NCBI GenBank assembly: GCA_964413635.1 | Contig: CAYPTH010000001.1 | Coordinates: 18,249 to 80,192 of the forward strand | Direction of reading: 5' to 3' | Length of the DNA stretch: 61,944 bases | From: an uncultured Spirochaetaceae bacterium | GTDB lineage: Bacteria > Spirochaetota > Spirochaetia > DSM-27196 > PWMO01 | Part shown: positions 35,870 to 44,930 of the stretch, one piece after another | Numbering within the stretch: position 1 is the stretch's first letter | Layout: the number at the start of each line of letters is the position of its first letter | Notes under the pieces: model-generated | The model's input: only the letters and a program-made list of their open reading frames with translations | Told to the model about the DNA's origin: nothing | The model's database searches: none | Position numbers and translations under genes: made by a program

Positions 35870-36520
35870 TTAGGCCGCAGCCTGGCCCTCATCGGCCTTC
35901 GCCGCTCGTTTGGCCCGCCGCTCCTCGGCCCAATTGAATAGCGCCTTGAGATACCCGACCACCAACAGCGCTCCCGCCGCAAGGGCCATAATGCGCACCG
36001 GCGACTCGGAGAGGATCGGCAGCCGGATGGTGCCACCGAAGTTGCCGATGGCAATCAAGGTAATGGTGCCGGCTCCCAAGACCTCGCGCACGAGGGCGAT
36101 CGCCGTGAGTCCGAGGGTGAATCCGATACCCATGCCCAGTGCGTCCATGACGGAGCTACTCAAGGTGCTCCGGCTCGCGAAGGCTTCCGCCCGGCCCAGG
36201 ATCATGCAGTTCACGACGATCAGCTGCACGAACACCCCGAGACTCGCCGAAAGGCTCGGTGCGTAGGCTTGCATGGTGAGATCCACAATGGTGACGAAGC
36301 TCGCAATGATCACAATGTAGGAGGGTATGCGCACCTTCTTCGGAATGAAGTCCTTCAAGAGCGAAACCATGATATTCGACCCGAGAAGCACGAAAATGAC
36401 CCCCGCCCCCATTCCGAGGGCGTTTACAACCTGTGTGGAAACGGCGAGGGCGGGACAGAGGCCAAGTGCCATTACGAATATCGGGTTCTCTTTGAACAAA
36501 CCCTTTGTAAACTCTTTCAT
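35870..36520 (-). CDS. rnfE: Rnf electron transport complex subunit E
   Basis: ALGLCPALAVST..., LIVVNCMILGRAEAFAS. Confidence 0.9.
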   Translation of the reverse strand: MKEFTKGLFKENPIFVMALGLCPALAVSTQVVNALGMGAGVIFVLLGSNIMVSLLKDFIPKKVRIPSYIVIIASFVTIVDLTMQAYAPSLSASLGVFVQLIVVNCMILGRAEAFASRSTLSSSVMDALGMGIGFTLGLTAIALVREVLGAGTITLIAIGNFGGTIRLPILSESPVRIMALAAGALLVVGYLKALFNWAEERRAKRAAKADEGQAAA

Positions 36521-37065
36521 TCCAAAGCCTCCGAGTTTTCCAGGAAGTCCGATCCGGCCGCCAAGGCTTCACCAATACTGATGAAGGTGATTGTTGCGCC
36601 GGAAACGCTGTCGGCCTGTTCGGGAGGGAGCTGGTCGGGCCGTGTCGGGATCGGTTCCTCGTCGCCATGGCCGGTGTACTTCTCCATGTAGCCCGGTTCC
36701 TCGGCCTGCTTGCCCAGCCCCGGGGTCTCGTTGTTCCGCATGAGTCGCGCAGCAAAGACTTCACCGTCCGAGCGATACCCGGCGAGAATCCGCATGTCCC
36801 CGCCGTAGCCGGAGCCAATCAAATCGAGGACGTATGAGTCGCTCCCGGAGATGGGATAGTAGCCCTGCACCACCGGGTGGTCGTCGACGTTGCGCCGTTC
36901 CCCGACGGACTGATCTCCAACAATCTCGGAGAGGGTCCGGTTGAGCCGCTCAATGCGATTCTGCTCAATCACCGGCGCGGTCACTGCGTTCACCAGGGCA
37001 AGAATCAAGGCCGCGACCGTGCAGATGAGGGCCAGCTTTCCGCCGATTGCGAGTAAGCGTTGCAT
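36517..37065 (-). CDS. rnfG: Rnf electron transport complex subunit G (FMN-binding)
   Basis: N-terminal TM and the covalent-FMN motif DSVSGATIT. Confidence 0.85.
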   Translation of the reverse strand: MQRLLAIGGKLALICTVAALILALVNAVTAPVIEQNRIERLNRTLSEIVGDQSVGERRNVDDHPVVQGYYPISGSDSYVLDLIGSGYGGDMRILAGYRSDGEVFAARLMRNNETPGLGKQAEEPGYMEKYTGHGDEEPIPTRPDQLPPEQADSVSGATITFISIGEALAAGSDFLENSEALE

Positions 37066-38207
37066 CAGCTCTCCTGCCTGCTTCCCGTACCGTAGATGGT
37101 CGGCTTGACGTAGCGATCAATGATGGGCGCGGCAATGTTCATGAGCAGAATGGCCAGGGACACACCCTCCGGAAAGGAACCGTAGAAGCGGATCAGGAAG
37201 GTGAGCACGCCGGCACCGGCACCGTAGATGAGCATCCCCTTCGTCGTCATAGGCGAGGTAACCATGTCGGTGGCCATGAAGAAGATGCCGAGCATGAAAC
37301 CGCCGGCCAGAATGTGAAAGAGAACGTCGCCGGTAAAGAACCCGGTACCATAGACGCGTCCCCCAAAGATCCAGGTGAGAACGGCGAAGCTCAGGAAGTA
37401 GGAGGCCGGAATCTCCCAGGTGATGATCCGCTTGGCAAAGAGGTACACAGCGCCGACCATCAGCAGCAGCGCCGAAACCTCGCCGATGCAGCCGGGAATG
37501 TTGCCAAGCAGTGGATCGATGTATCCACCGGGCAGCGTAATCCCCAGCCCCTCGAGGACGTTCTCATTGAGCCAGCTCGTGACATTCCCGTCGGTAACGC
37601 TGCGCGGGTAGTTGATCCGTTGCAGATATGCGGCCGGCCGGCCGATGTCGCCGCCACTCGAAACAACGCCGGACTTCAGCGCGCCGAGGAGAGTTGCTCC
37701 CGAGGTGCCGTCCGCTACAGGAAGCGTGAAGGGCATCTTCCAGCTCGTCATCTCCCCCGTCCAAGAGAAGAAGACGAAGACACGCCCCGCCAAGGCTGGG
37801 TTCATCCAGTTATTGCCCAAGCCGCCAAAGGTCCACTTCACGACGCCAATGGCAAAGATGCTCGCCACAATGGGAACGTGAAAGGGAATCTCCGGGGGCA
37901 TGTTCATTCCGATGAGAATACCGGTGAGCACCGCGCTCCCGTCGAAGAGCGTCCGGCGGCTCATGGCGCGTGCGATGATCCACTCCGTCGCGACCGAGGC
38001 GAGGACGGACACAAGCAACACGGCAAGGGCGTACCATCCGAAGACGTACACTCCCCACGCGGATGCGGGAAGCAGACACGCAGTGACCGACCACATGATC
38101 CGGGGCGTCGATGCCTGATCGTGAAACTGGGGAGAGCTCGTTATCTCGAGGCGCTGCTCCACTTCTTCTCGGGGCAGCCGTGACACCTTGCTTGCTCGTT
38201 CACTCAC
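37065..38207 (-). CDS. rnfD: Rnf electron transport complex subunit D
   Basis: GTG start at 38207 forms a GTGA overlap with the rnfC stop. Polytopic protein with the motif DGTSGATLLG. Confidence 0.85.
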   Translation of the reverse strand: MSERASKVSRLPREEVEQRLEITSSPQFHDQASTPRIMWSVTACLLPASAWGVYVFGWYALAVLLVSVLASVATEWIIARAMSRRTLFDGSAVLTGILIGMNMPPEIPFHVPIVASIFAIGVVKWTFGGLGNNWMNPALAGRVFVFFSWTGEMTSWKMPFTLPVADGTSGATLLGALKSGVVSSGGDIGRPAAYLQRINYPRSVTDGNVTSWLNENVLEGLGITLPGGYIDPLLGNIPGCIGEVSALLLMVGAVYLFAKRIITWEIPASYFLSFAVLTWIFGGRVYGTGFFTGDVLFHILAGGFMLGIFFMATDMVTSPMTTKGMLIYGAGAGVLTFLIRFYGSFPEGVSLAILLMNIAAPIIDRYVKPTIYGTGSRQES

Positions 38208-39535
38208 GGTTTGACCTTCTTCTTTCGCGCCAGTCGTTTGCCGATTCGGATGCCTTGAACCAGGGGAATGTGAGCGGGGCAGATGTAGCTGCAGGCACCG
38301 CATTCAATACAGTCGTTGACGCCCAGATTCACCGCCTCCTTATACTCCTCGTGCTCAATGAGCTTGTACAGGAGCGTCGGCGTGAGGCCGGCAGGACAGG
38401 AGCGAACGCAGCGGCCGCAGTTGATGCACGGCGTTTGCGGCGCCTCGTTCACCTCTCGAGCGGTGAGAGCCAGAATGCCGGAGCTGCCCTTCGTGATCGG
38501 CGTGTCCATGTCGTACACGGCGAAGCCGGTCATGGGACCACCGGCAACGATCTTCTTCGGAACCTCGCGGAAGCCTCCGGCTTCTTCGAAGAGCTCACCA
38601 ATGCTAGTGCCGATGCGCACCTTGAAATTCGCCGGCCGCCGAACGGCGCCGCCGGAGACGGTAACGACCCGCTCGAGGAGGGGCTTATCGTGGACGACCG
38701 CCTCATGTATGGCGTGAAGCGTACCCGTATTAGAGACAATTACACCAATGTCGATCGGCAATCCGCCGGAGGGGACCTCCCGCCCGGTGATCGTCTCGAT
38801 GAGCTGCTTCTCACCCCCTTGGGGATACTTCTCCTCGAGAGCGATCACATCGATATCGAGATTCAAGGCACGGATGCGCTTCTTGAACTGGTCGATCGCA
38901 TCGGGTTTGTTGTCCTCAATGCCGATTGAGACCGAATCCGCGCCCAGGATCTTGCGGGCAATCTGAAGTCCCTCGAGGACTCCATCGGTCATCTCCATCA
39001 TCAGACGATGATCGGCTGAGAGGTACGGCTCGCACTCGGTCCCGTTGGCAATGAGATACTCCGCCTTCTTGCCCTTGGGGACACTGTACTTCACGTGGGT
39101 GGGGAAGGTAGCTCCGCCCATGCCGACGATCCCCTTGTCCTTGAGGATCTCGATAAGCTCCGCCGCCGATTTGTCGCTCCACTCCCGCCGCTCGCTCACC
39201 TTGCCGAGGCGGTCAAACTCGCCGGCGAGCTCAATGACGACGGCCTCACTCTGAATACCGTTGGGAAGGAAGATGTTTTTGATCTCCTTCACGGTACCGG
39301 GAATGGGTGCGTGTATGTTCGCGCTCACGAAGCCTGACGCAGCACCGATGAGCATCCCTTCGCGCACCTCGTCGCCCTGCGAGACCAGGGATTCGGCCGG
39401 CGCTCCAATGTGCTGTCGTAGTGGTACAATGCATTCCGAGGGAATAACGGCGTTCCAGATCTCCTGTGATCGCGTTTCTTCCTTGCGATCAAAGGGATGA
39501 ACTCCCCCTCGGGAGAAGGTCTTTGCGAAGATCAT
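38204..39535 (-). CDS. rnfC: Rnf electron transport complex subunit C
   Basis: GMGGATFPTHVK, SNTGTL, and two 4Fe-4S motifs (CINCGRCVRSCP, CIECGACSYICP). Confidence 0.9.
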   Translation of the reverse strand: MIFAKTFSRGGVHPFDRKEETRSQEIWNAVIPSECIVPLRQHIGAPAESLVSQGDEVREGMLIGAASGFVSANIHAPIPGTVKEIKNIFLPNGIQSEAVVIELAGEFDRLGKVSERREWSDKSAAELIEILKDKGIVGMGGATFPTHVKYSVPKGKKAEYLIANGTECEPYLSADHRLMMEMTDGVLEGLQIARKILGADSVSIGIEDNKPDAIDQFKKRIRALNLDIDVIALEEKYPQGGEKQLIETITGREVPSGGLPIDIGVIVSNTGTLHAIHEAVVHDKPLLERVVTVSGGAVRRPANFKVRIGTSIGELFEEAGGFREVPKKIVAGGPMTGFAVYDMDTPITKGSSGILALTAREVNEAPQTPCINCGRCVRSCPAGLTPTLLYKLIEHEEYKEAVNLGVNDCIECGACSYICPAHIPLVQGIRIGKRLARKKKVKP

Positions 39536-41085
39536 GCTCCCTGCCTTTGCGCCCGAAGGGCGACGTAGCTCACACCTTGCATAGCTCGCGGTCGCAAATA
39601 CCCTCGCGAAACGAGAAAGGGCATCAGGACAAGAAAAAGAAGTGCGCTATTCTGAATAAGATGTGACAGCGATGAGTATAAACCGGGATTAGAACGCATC
39701 TCAACCCCTACCGGACCGCCGTGCTTCACGAAAAGCGACGCCACATTGCTCGCCTCGACGTCTTGTACAAGGTCGGCCAGCCACTCCTCGTCGAAAGAGA
39801 GGACCACGCGATCACGTCGCGTGAGTTCCCCCGCCACCGTGTCGTAGGTCGAGAGAGACAAGGTCTCTGCGGTACGCGGCAGACCGTACTCTCGGCCGTA
39901 CATCATGCCCTCGTGGAAAGCCCTGTGGGCTACGTAGTCGGCGAGAGTTGGAGCTCGGCCACCCCGCGACCACACCTCTTCGAGGGTGGTAAAACTCACA
40001 CCGGCGCTTCCGGTGCCGAGGGGTTGGGGAATCGCCGGGGTGCCGTGAATCCCGCCGAGAAAGCCGAGCAGAATTGCCACGAGGCTGAAGCCCGTAAGCG
40101 CCAGGGAAGCGCGCCCGGCGACGCGACGGTTCCCCCCTACACCCGTCCGGCGGATCGGCACGGGAATGAAGAGACGGTGATCTGCTCCATTTGTGCGCAC
40201 ATAGGTCCACAGAAGAGCCGCCGCACCGACAATTGCCGTCACGACGGAAGCGCCCAGGAGAATCCAGAGTTGCTGAGGTCTCTCCACTGCGAACAGCGTT
40301 GCTCCAAGCACAACCCAACCGGCCATGAAGAGCGCGGTAATTCGCCTGCCGGAGGAGTAGTCATCGACCTGATGATAGAAGCCGGTGTAATGAAGGCGCT
40401 CCAGTGCCCCCGACAGCCAGAGGGCGAAACTGAAGAGTGTACCGACGGCAAGCAAGAATCCCGTCGCGCCACCCGCCAAGACAAAACACGTCCACGCCGG
40501 TGCCGCGAGAGCGGTGAAGAGGCGTACCCGCCGGAGCTTTGTCCCGAGATAGATCGCCGCTGCAAGGAAGAGGACGATGAAGACCGCGTTGCGCCCCACG
40601 CGCCATTCCACCATGCTCCATTGATCGGTCACGCCGGCGAGGGCGGCACGCGCTGCTCGGTGGCTGGGGAACACACCACGTTCCGTCGGTAGGTAGTAGA
40701 CGCCGTAGGCCGTGTTTCCGTCGGTCACGTGGAAAAGAGCGCTGATACGTCGCAAATAGGGATCGTAACGCGGGTCGAGCTGATCGAGTCGCTCACCGAG
40801 TTGACTCACGCGTACCCGGTCCATGCCGTCGTAGGCCTGTATTTGGACCGTGGCCGAGACCTCGGAGAGCACGTCCGTGAACCCCTCGGCCCGGAGCGCA
40901 TCAACCACTCGGGTGGGCGCAACGCTGCTCGAAACCAGAAGGGTGTAGTGGCCGTTCCACGCGGTGTCGATACCGGTGCGCACCGAGAGTACAGCGGTAA
41001 GCGCAAGAGCGGAGATGAACAGGATCAGGCAGAGGGCGAGAAGCGCCATCGCTTTCGTCCGTGGTTCGAATCGCATCCTTCTCAT
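39532..41085 (-). CDS. Polytopic membrane protein of unknown function, translationally coupled to rnfC
   Basis: 517 aa: an N-terminal TM, a ~150-aa extracytoplasmic domain, about 6 central TMs, a ~150-aa soluble domain and a final TM. 4-nt overlap with the rnfC start. Confidence 0.65.
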   Translation of the reverse strand: MRRMRFEPRTKAMALLALCLILFISALALTAVLSVRTGIDTAWNGHYTLLVSSSVAPTRVVDALRAEGFTDVLSEVSATVQIQAYDGMDRVRVSQLGERLDQLDPRYDPYLRRISALFHVTDGNTAYGVYYLPTERGVFPSHRAARAALAGVTDQWSMVEWRVGRNAVFIVLFLAAAIYLGTKLRRVRLFTALAAPAWTCFVLAGGATGFLLAVGTLFSFALWLSGALERLHYTGFYHQVDDYSSGRRITALFMAGWVVLGATLFAVERPQQLWILLGASVVTAIVGAAALLWTYVRTNGADHRLFIPVPIRRTGVGGNRRVAGRASLALTGFSLVAILLGFLGGIHGTPAIPQPLGTGSAGVSFTTLEEVWSRGGRAPTLADYVAHRAFHEGMMYGREYGLPRTAETLSLSTYDTVAGELTRRDRVVLSFDEEWLADLVQDVEASNVASLFVKHGGPVGVEMRSNPGLYSSLSHLIQNSALLFLVLMPFLVSRGYLRPRAMQGVSYVALRAQRQGA

Positions 41086-41093
41086 TCTCGGCG

Positions 41094-41573
41094 TCAGAGT
41101 AGACTGAAGGCCGTCGCGATGAAGAATCCCAGCAGCACTCCCACGGATACCTCGCTGGGAGTGTGGCCGTGCACTTCTTGTACCGGGGTGAAATCGATGT
41201 TGTAGCTCCGTTTGAGCTCGGTTCCGAGCCGATTGAGCTCCCTCGCCTGCATCCCCGCCGCGCGCCGTACACCCAGCGCGTCACGGATTACCAACATGCC
41301 GTAAAAGAGCGAGAGCGTGAATAGCGGATTGTTCACACCGCGGGAGAACGCGATGGCCGTCGCAATCGACGTGACGAGAGCGGAATGACTGGAGGGCATT
41401 CCACCAGTTCGCCACATGAGGCCGATGGCAACGTCCCGCGACACCTGTGAGCGGTTACGGAGCGCCTCAATGATCAGCTTCAAGAGCTGCGCCATGAACC
41501 AGCTAAAGAAGGCCGAGAGGAAGACGGTGCTGGTGAGGAACTGGTACATCTGACCCGCGGTGGGAGGCGCCAT
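41094..41573 (-). CDS. Divergent PAP2 family protein (DUF212, acid phosphatase/vanadium-haloperoxidase-related)
   Basis: GGMPSSHSALVTS..., IVIRDALGVRR..., GHTPSEV: the family signature as I recall it. Confidence 0.75.
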   Translation of the reverse strand: MAPPTAGQMYQFLTSTVFLSAFFSWFMAQLLKLIIEALRNRSQVSRDVAIGLMWRTGGMPSSHSALVTSIATAIAFSRGVNNPLFTLSLFYGMLVIRDALGVRRAAGMQARELNRLGTELKRSYNIDFTPVQEVHGHTPSEVSVGVLLGFFIATAFSLL

Positions 41574-41626
41574 TGCGACGTGAAGTGTGAGTTGCCGGCT
41601 TTTGCTTTGTCAAGCGCAGATCATTC

Positions 41627-42667
41627 GTGCAGACTGTGTTCAACATGCGCCAGGAAACCGCTTTCACCGCCGGTCCAAACGATGAGGATACGCGGCTTGA
41701 TCGCCTCCTCCGAAAGCTATTGAAGGACGTCCCGCTCAGCCACATCTACCGGATGATTCGGCGCGGCCAGGTCCGGGTCAACGGCAAGCGCGCAAAGACG
41801 GGAACCCGAATCCATGCGGGGGATGAGATCGCAGTCCCGAAACGCGAAGGAGCAGAGGCCGAGACGCAACAGGAGCCTCCTCGGATGGTGGGGAAGCGCA
41901 ATCCTTCCCTCGACGTCGTCTTTGAGAACAACGATATCCTAATTGTGAACAAGGCGCAGGGCGTGTTGACCCACGGACCGAGCTCAGTGGAGGAGATGGT
42001 ACGCGACTACCTGAGCGCCACCCTTCCGGCGGATCTCTCCTTTCGCCCAGGGCCGCTCCATCGCCTGGATCGCAACACCACCGGAGCCCTTGCGTTTTCC
42101 AAGAGTATCCACGGCGCCCGCGCCTTTTCCGAGGCCCTTCACGCCGGCCGAATCTCAAAGGTATACGTCACCGTCTTGACCGGTGCGATTGTCGAAACTA
42201 CCAGGTGGGATTTCCCCATTGCCCGTCGACACGAATCACGCACGAGCCGCTACGACCCTGACGGCAAACCGGCACGCACCTGGGTTTTTCCGGTGCGCGC
42301 CAAGGAGATCTCCAACGCGGACGGCACATCCTTCCCCGCCGGCCACTACACTCTAGCGGTCCTCCGCATAACAAGCGGTCGAACCCATCAGATCCGCGTC
42401 CACGCCGCGACCGCGGAAGCCCCGGTGGCCGGCGACACCAAGTATGGCGCACCCTCCCTCCGCGGCGGTATGATCCTTCACGCCTGGATGCTCACCGCTC
42501 ACGGTCACGACTCGCCCGCCGCCGACCTCCTGGGTCACTCGAGCGTGGAAGCACCGCTTCCCGCAGACGCAACGAGCCGGATCCGTGCCGCCTTCGGCGG
42601 CGACGTAATCACCACGGCACGAGAGCTCGCCAAGAACACCGCCGCCGGGCAGGCGCGCGCCGGGTGA
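41627..42667 (+). CDS. RluA family pseudouridine synthase with N-terminal S4 domain (RluC/RluD-like)
   Basis: S4 region RLDRLLRKLL...IRRGQVRVNGK, catalytic HRLDRNTTGAL, and GRTHQIRVH. GTG start at 41627 or ATG at 41645. Confidence 0.85.
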   Translation: MQTVFNMRQETAFTAGPNDEDTRLDRLLRKLLKDVPLSHIYRMIRRGQVRVNGKRAKTGTRIHAGDEIAVPKREGAEAETQQEPPRMVGKRNPSLDVVFENNDILIVNKAQGVLTHGPSSVEEMVRDYLSATLPADLSFRPGPLHRLDRNTTGALAFSKSIHGARAFSEALHAGRISKVYVTVLTGAIVETTRWDFPIARRHESRTSRYDPDGKPARTWVFPVRAKEISNADGTSFPAGHYTLAVLRITSGRTHQIRVHAATAEAPVAGDTKYGAPSLRGGMILHAWMLTAHGHDSPAADLLGHSSVEAPLPADATSRIRAAFGGDVITTARELAKNTAAGQARAG

Positions 42668-42735
42668 TCCCCCTCCCGCGCCTGCCCGGATCAGCAGTTC
42701 ACAAACCACGCGCTCGCACCGTACACTTCGGTCCT

Positions 42736-43608
42736 ATGAAGAAGTTCCTTCACCGGCTCGTTTGGCGCTTCCGAGGACTCCGTGTGTACGCTTTGGTCGG
42801 CAAGAGCGGGACGGGCAAGAGCTTTCGAGCGCGCCTGGTCATGGAGAAGTACAGCATCGACGTCATGATCGATGACGGGCTGGTGATTCGGGATCAGAAG
42901 ATTGTTGCAGGCCGGTCGGCCAAGCGCGAAAACTCCTACCTAACCGCGGTGAAGACGGCGCTCTTCACGGACAAAGAACACCGCAAGGAGGTCTTGGCAG
43001 CGCTCGAGCAGGAGAAAGCCAAGCGGGTCTTGGTCCTCGGCACCTCGAACCGCATGGTGGAGCGCATTGCAAGCACGCTCCAACTCCCGCCGCCGGTCAA
43101 GATCATCAACATTGAGGACATTGCAACGGCGGAGGAGATCGATACCGCCATCCACTATCGCAACGTCCAGGGCAGCCACATTATCCCGGTCCCTGCGATA
43201 GAGGTGAAGCGTAACTATCCGCAGGTCATGGGTGACTCCATTAAGATCCTCCTCAAGAAAGGCTTCGGATTCTTTAGGAGTCAGAACATCTACGAGAAGA
43301 CCGTGGTCCGGCCGGACTTCAGCAATAAGGGCAGCGTCACCATCTCAAAGGCGGCTCTGAGCCAGATGATCATGCACTGTGTGGACGAATACGCTCCGGA
43401 GACGCGTCTCCGAAAGGTCGTCGTCCGAAATGATGCCTCGAGTTACAAGCTCGATGTTTCCCTGGAGGTGCCCTACGGCAGCCATGTCGGCGGGGCCATG
43501 CAGGGGCTCCAGAGCTATATTATTGAGCATGTGGAGAGATATACGGGTATTATCATCAAAGAATTGAACATAGTCATCGATACTGTAGGAGACAGGAGGG
43601 GAAATTGA
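42736..43608 (+). CDS. P-loop NTPase fused to an Asp23/Gls24-like domain
   Basis: Start ATG at 42736 (MKKFLHRL...). Walker A VGKSGTGKS. The C-terminal ~110 aa (GSVTISKAALSQMIMHCV...LDVSLEVPYGSHVGGAMQGLQSYIIEHVERYTGIIIKELNIVIDTV) follows the Asp23 pattern. Confidence 0.65.
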   Translation: MKKFLHRLVWRFRGLRVYALVGKSGTGKSFRARLVMEKYSIDVMIDDGLVIRDQKIVAGRSAKRENSYLTAVKTALFTDKEHRKEVLAALEQEKAKRVLVLGTSNRMVERIASTLQLPPPVKIINIEDIATAEEIDTAIHYRNVQGSHIIPVPAIEVKRNYPQVMGDSIKILLKKGFGFFRSQNIYEKTVVRPDFSNKGSVTISKAALSQMIMHCVDEYAPETRLRKVVVRNDASSYKLDVSLEVPYGSHVGGAMQGLQSYIIEHVERYTGIIIKELNIVIDTVGDRRGN

Positions 43609-43631
43609 CGATGGGAGAAAGCTCCGGCGTT

Positions 43632-43674
43632 TGACGTCGGCAGAAACGGCGCCTACACTGACGTCGGTAAACGG
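43632..43674 (+). repeat. Imperfect direct repeat TGACGTCGG(c/t)A(g)AAACGG x2 upstream of the TPR-protein gene
   Basis: Copies at 43632-43649 and 43659-43674, 27 bp apart, ending 15 nt before the ATG at 43689. Confidence 0.5.
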
Positions 43675-43688
43675 AACGGAGGTCGGTA

Positions 43689-44879
43689 ATGAGGAAAGCT
43701 CTGGTCATTCTTCTCCTTGCATGCGTTGCGGTTCCCTTCGCTCTCGCGCAGGATTCAGGATTCAACGAGGTCGAAAGCGAGCACTATCGCGTCATGTCGC
43801 AGGTGAGCGTGAATCATGCGGCACGAACCGCATCCAAGCTCGAGGCAATGCTCGGGCTGTACAACAGCTACTTCCACTTTGATGTAGATGAGCTCGACAC
43901 GAAGCTTCGTGTCCGCATATTCAGTTCGAAGAGCGGATTCGACAGCTATCTCAATCGGGTAATCGGCGAGACGCGGGACGACTTCATATACCTCCACTAT
44001 CGCGATCTCTCACGGAGCGAGTTGGTTGGCTACAATCTCGAAGGCGAGGAATTCGACTTCGCGCTGACCCACCAGAACTTCGTCCAATACATCCGCGCCT
44101 TTGTTGCGAATCCGCCCCTGTGGCTCCGCGAAGGTTTTGCGGTCTTCTTCGAACAAGCCGAGTATGATGAGGACTTTGAACAGGTCGTCTACCGGGAGAA
44201 TCTCTCCTGGCTCGGAACGCTCAAAGAGCTGGTACAGGGAAGCAGCAGCCGCTCCCTCATTCCAATGGAACAGATGCTTGCCATCGACGTGGAGACCGCC
44301 CGGGAGCGCATCAACGTATTCTACCCACAGGCCTGGGGGATGATATCCTTTCTGGTCAACGCGGAGAATCGCGACATAAACCGGATTCTTTGGGATTCGA
44401 TCAGCGCCCTCCACCCGAGCGCCTCAATGGAGGAAAACGCGCGGCGTATCAACGAACGCGCATTGAAGTGGGTGGATCGGGAATTCCTCGGGGAAGCCTT
44501 CGTTGAGTACGTAAACGAGCGGAAGTCCTTCAAGGGCTTGGTCGAAGAGGGTATGGATCTCTACGCAGACGGGCAGCTGAATCCGGCGGAAGAGAATTTC
44601 GTAAAGGCTACCAAGCTCCGCGACGACAACTACATTCCTTTCTACTACTTGGGACTGATCAACTACGACAAGGGCAACTACGACCTTGCCGAGTTCTACT
44701 ATCAAGAGAGCTTGAGCCGCGGCGGGAACGAGACACTCACCTACTACGCCCTCGGAGTCAACGCCTTTGCGGCGAATCGATTCGACGCCGCCGCGAGCTT
44801 CCTCCAGCAGGTAACGGACGCAGGCGAGACAGAGTACCGCGAAGACGCCGAAGAGCTTCTCGCGAGGATCTCTTCCTAG
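43689..44879 (+). CDS. Secreted TPR-repeat protein (N-terminal region possibly DUF1570-like)
   Basis: Signal peptide MRKALVILLLACVAVPFALAQ. C-terminal TPR units (YYLGLINYDKGNYDLAEFYYQESL, YYALGVNAFAANRFDAAASFLQQV). Confidence 0.65.
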   Translation: MRKALVILLLACVAVPFALAQDSGFNEVESEHYRVMSQVSVNHAARTASKLEAMLGLYNSYFHFDVDELDTKLRVRIFSSKSGFDSYLNRVIGETRDDFIYLHYRDLSRSELVGYNLEGEEFDFALTHQNFVQYIRAFVANPPLWLREGFAVFFEQAEYDEDFEQVVYRENLSWLGTLKELVQGSSSRSLIPMEQMLAIDVETARERINVFYPQAWGMISFLVNAENRDINRILWDSISALHPSASMEENARRINERALKWVDREFLGEAFVEYVNERKSFKGLVEEGMDLYADGQLNPAEENFVKATKLRDDNYIPFYYLGLINYDKGNYDLAEFYYQESLSRGGNETLTYYALGVNAFAANRFDAAASFLQQVTDAGETEYREDAEELLARISS

Positions 44880-44889
44880 CCAGGATAGC

Positions 44890-44930
44890 GAGCGCGCTGG
44901 TCAGATCTGACCGGTGCGCTCGTATTTCTT
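44890..44930 (+). terminator. Candidate rho-independent terminator at the convergent junction
   Basis: GAGCGC-gct-GGTCA-GATC-TGACC-ggt-GCGCTC followed by gTATTTCTT. It overlaps the last codons of the minus-strand pcnB-like gene. Confidence 0.45.
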
